From: Octopus sinensis
Lineage: Eukaryota
NCBI RefSeq assembly: GCF_006345805.1
Contig: NW_021824562.1
Coordinates: 1-18,234, forward strand
Length of the DNA: 18,234 nucleotides
Direction: 5' to 3'
Within the stretch, counting starts at the first letter, position 1; each line of letters opens with the position of its first letter. Positions 18,172-18,234 of this stretch are shown in pieces. The notes beneath the pieces are model-generated. The model was not told the DNA's origin, did not search any database, and saw only the letters and a list, made by a program, of their open reading frames with translations. Made by a program: the position numbers and the translations under genes.

Positions 18172-18234
18172 GTGTGTGTGTGTGTGTGTGTGTGTGTATA
18201 CGTGTGTGCCTATGTTTTTACATCTATGCATGTA
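18071..18234. repeat. (CA)n/(TG)n microsatellite
   Basis: Direct reading. Confidence 0.93.

Overview
Repeat-saturated, AT-rich animal genomic DNA, most likely a coleoid cephalopod (Octopus-like; inferred from recognising the SINE families and the extreme microsatellite density, not from a search). I find no well-supported host gene, tRNA gene or CRISPR array, and nearly all ORFs in the supplied track are microsatellite artefacts. The window holds many copies of three tRNA-derived SINE families (labelled A, B and C here), decayed remnants of four retroelement classes (RTE 3' end, R4/Dong-like, Penelope-like RT, CR1-group 3' end), a 5'-truncated D34D mariner, two fold-back repeats, two tandem repeats and a 28-nt 28S rRNA fragment. 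There is also an ~800-bp GGT/GGC repeat that could encode a polyproline tract behind a 60-aa unique N-terminus. The most interesting signal is three sequences with the topology of minimal type I hammerhead ribozymes but non-canonical cores. One (9019-9069, minus) has a compensatory G3-C8 swap and lies in a fold-back next to the Penelope-like RT. Two (2306-2341 minus; 3147-3182 plus) have U at position 6 and lie in an inverted pair of LTR-like repeats. Activity and novelty are untested.
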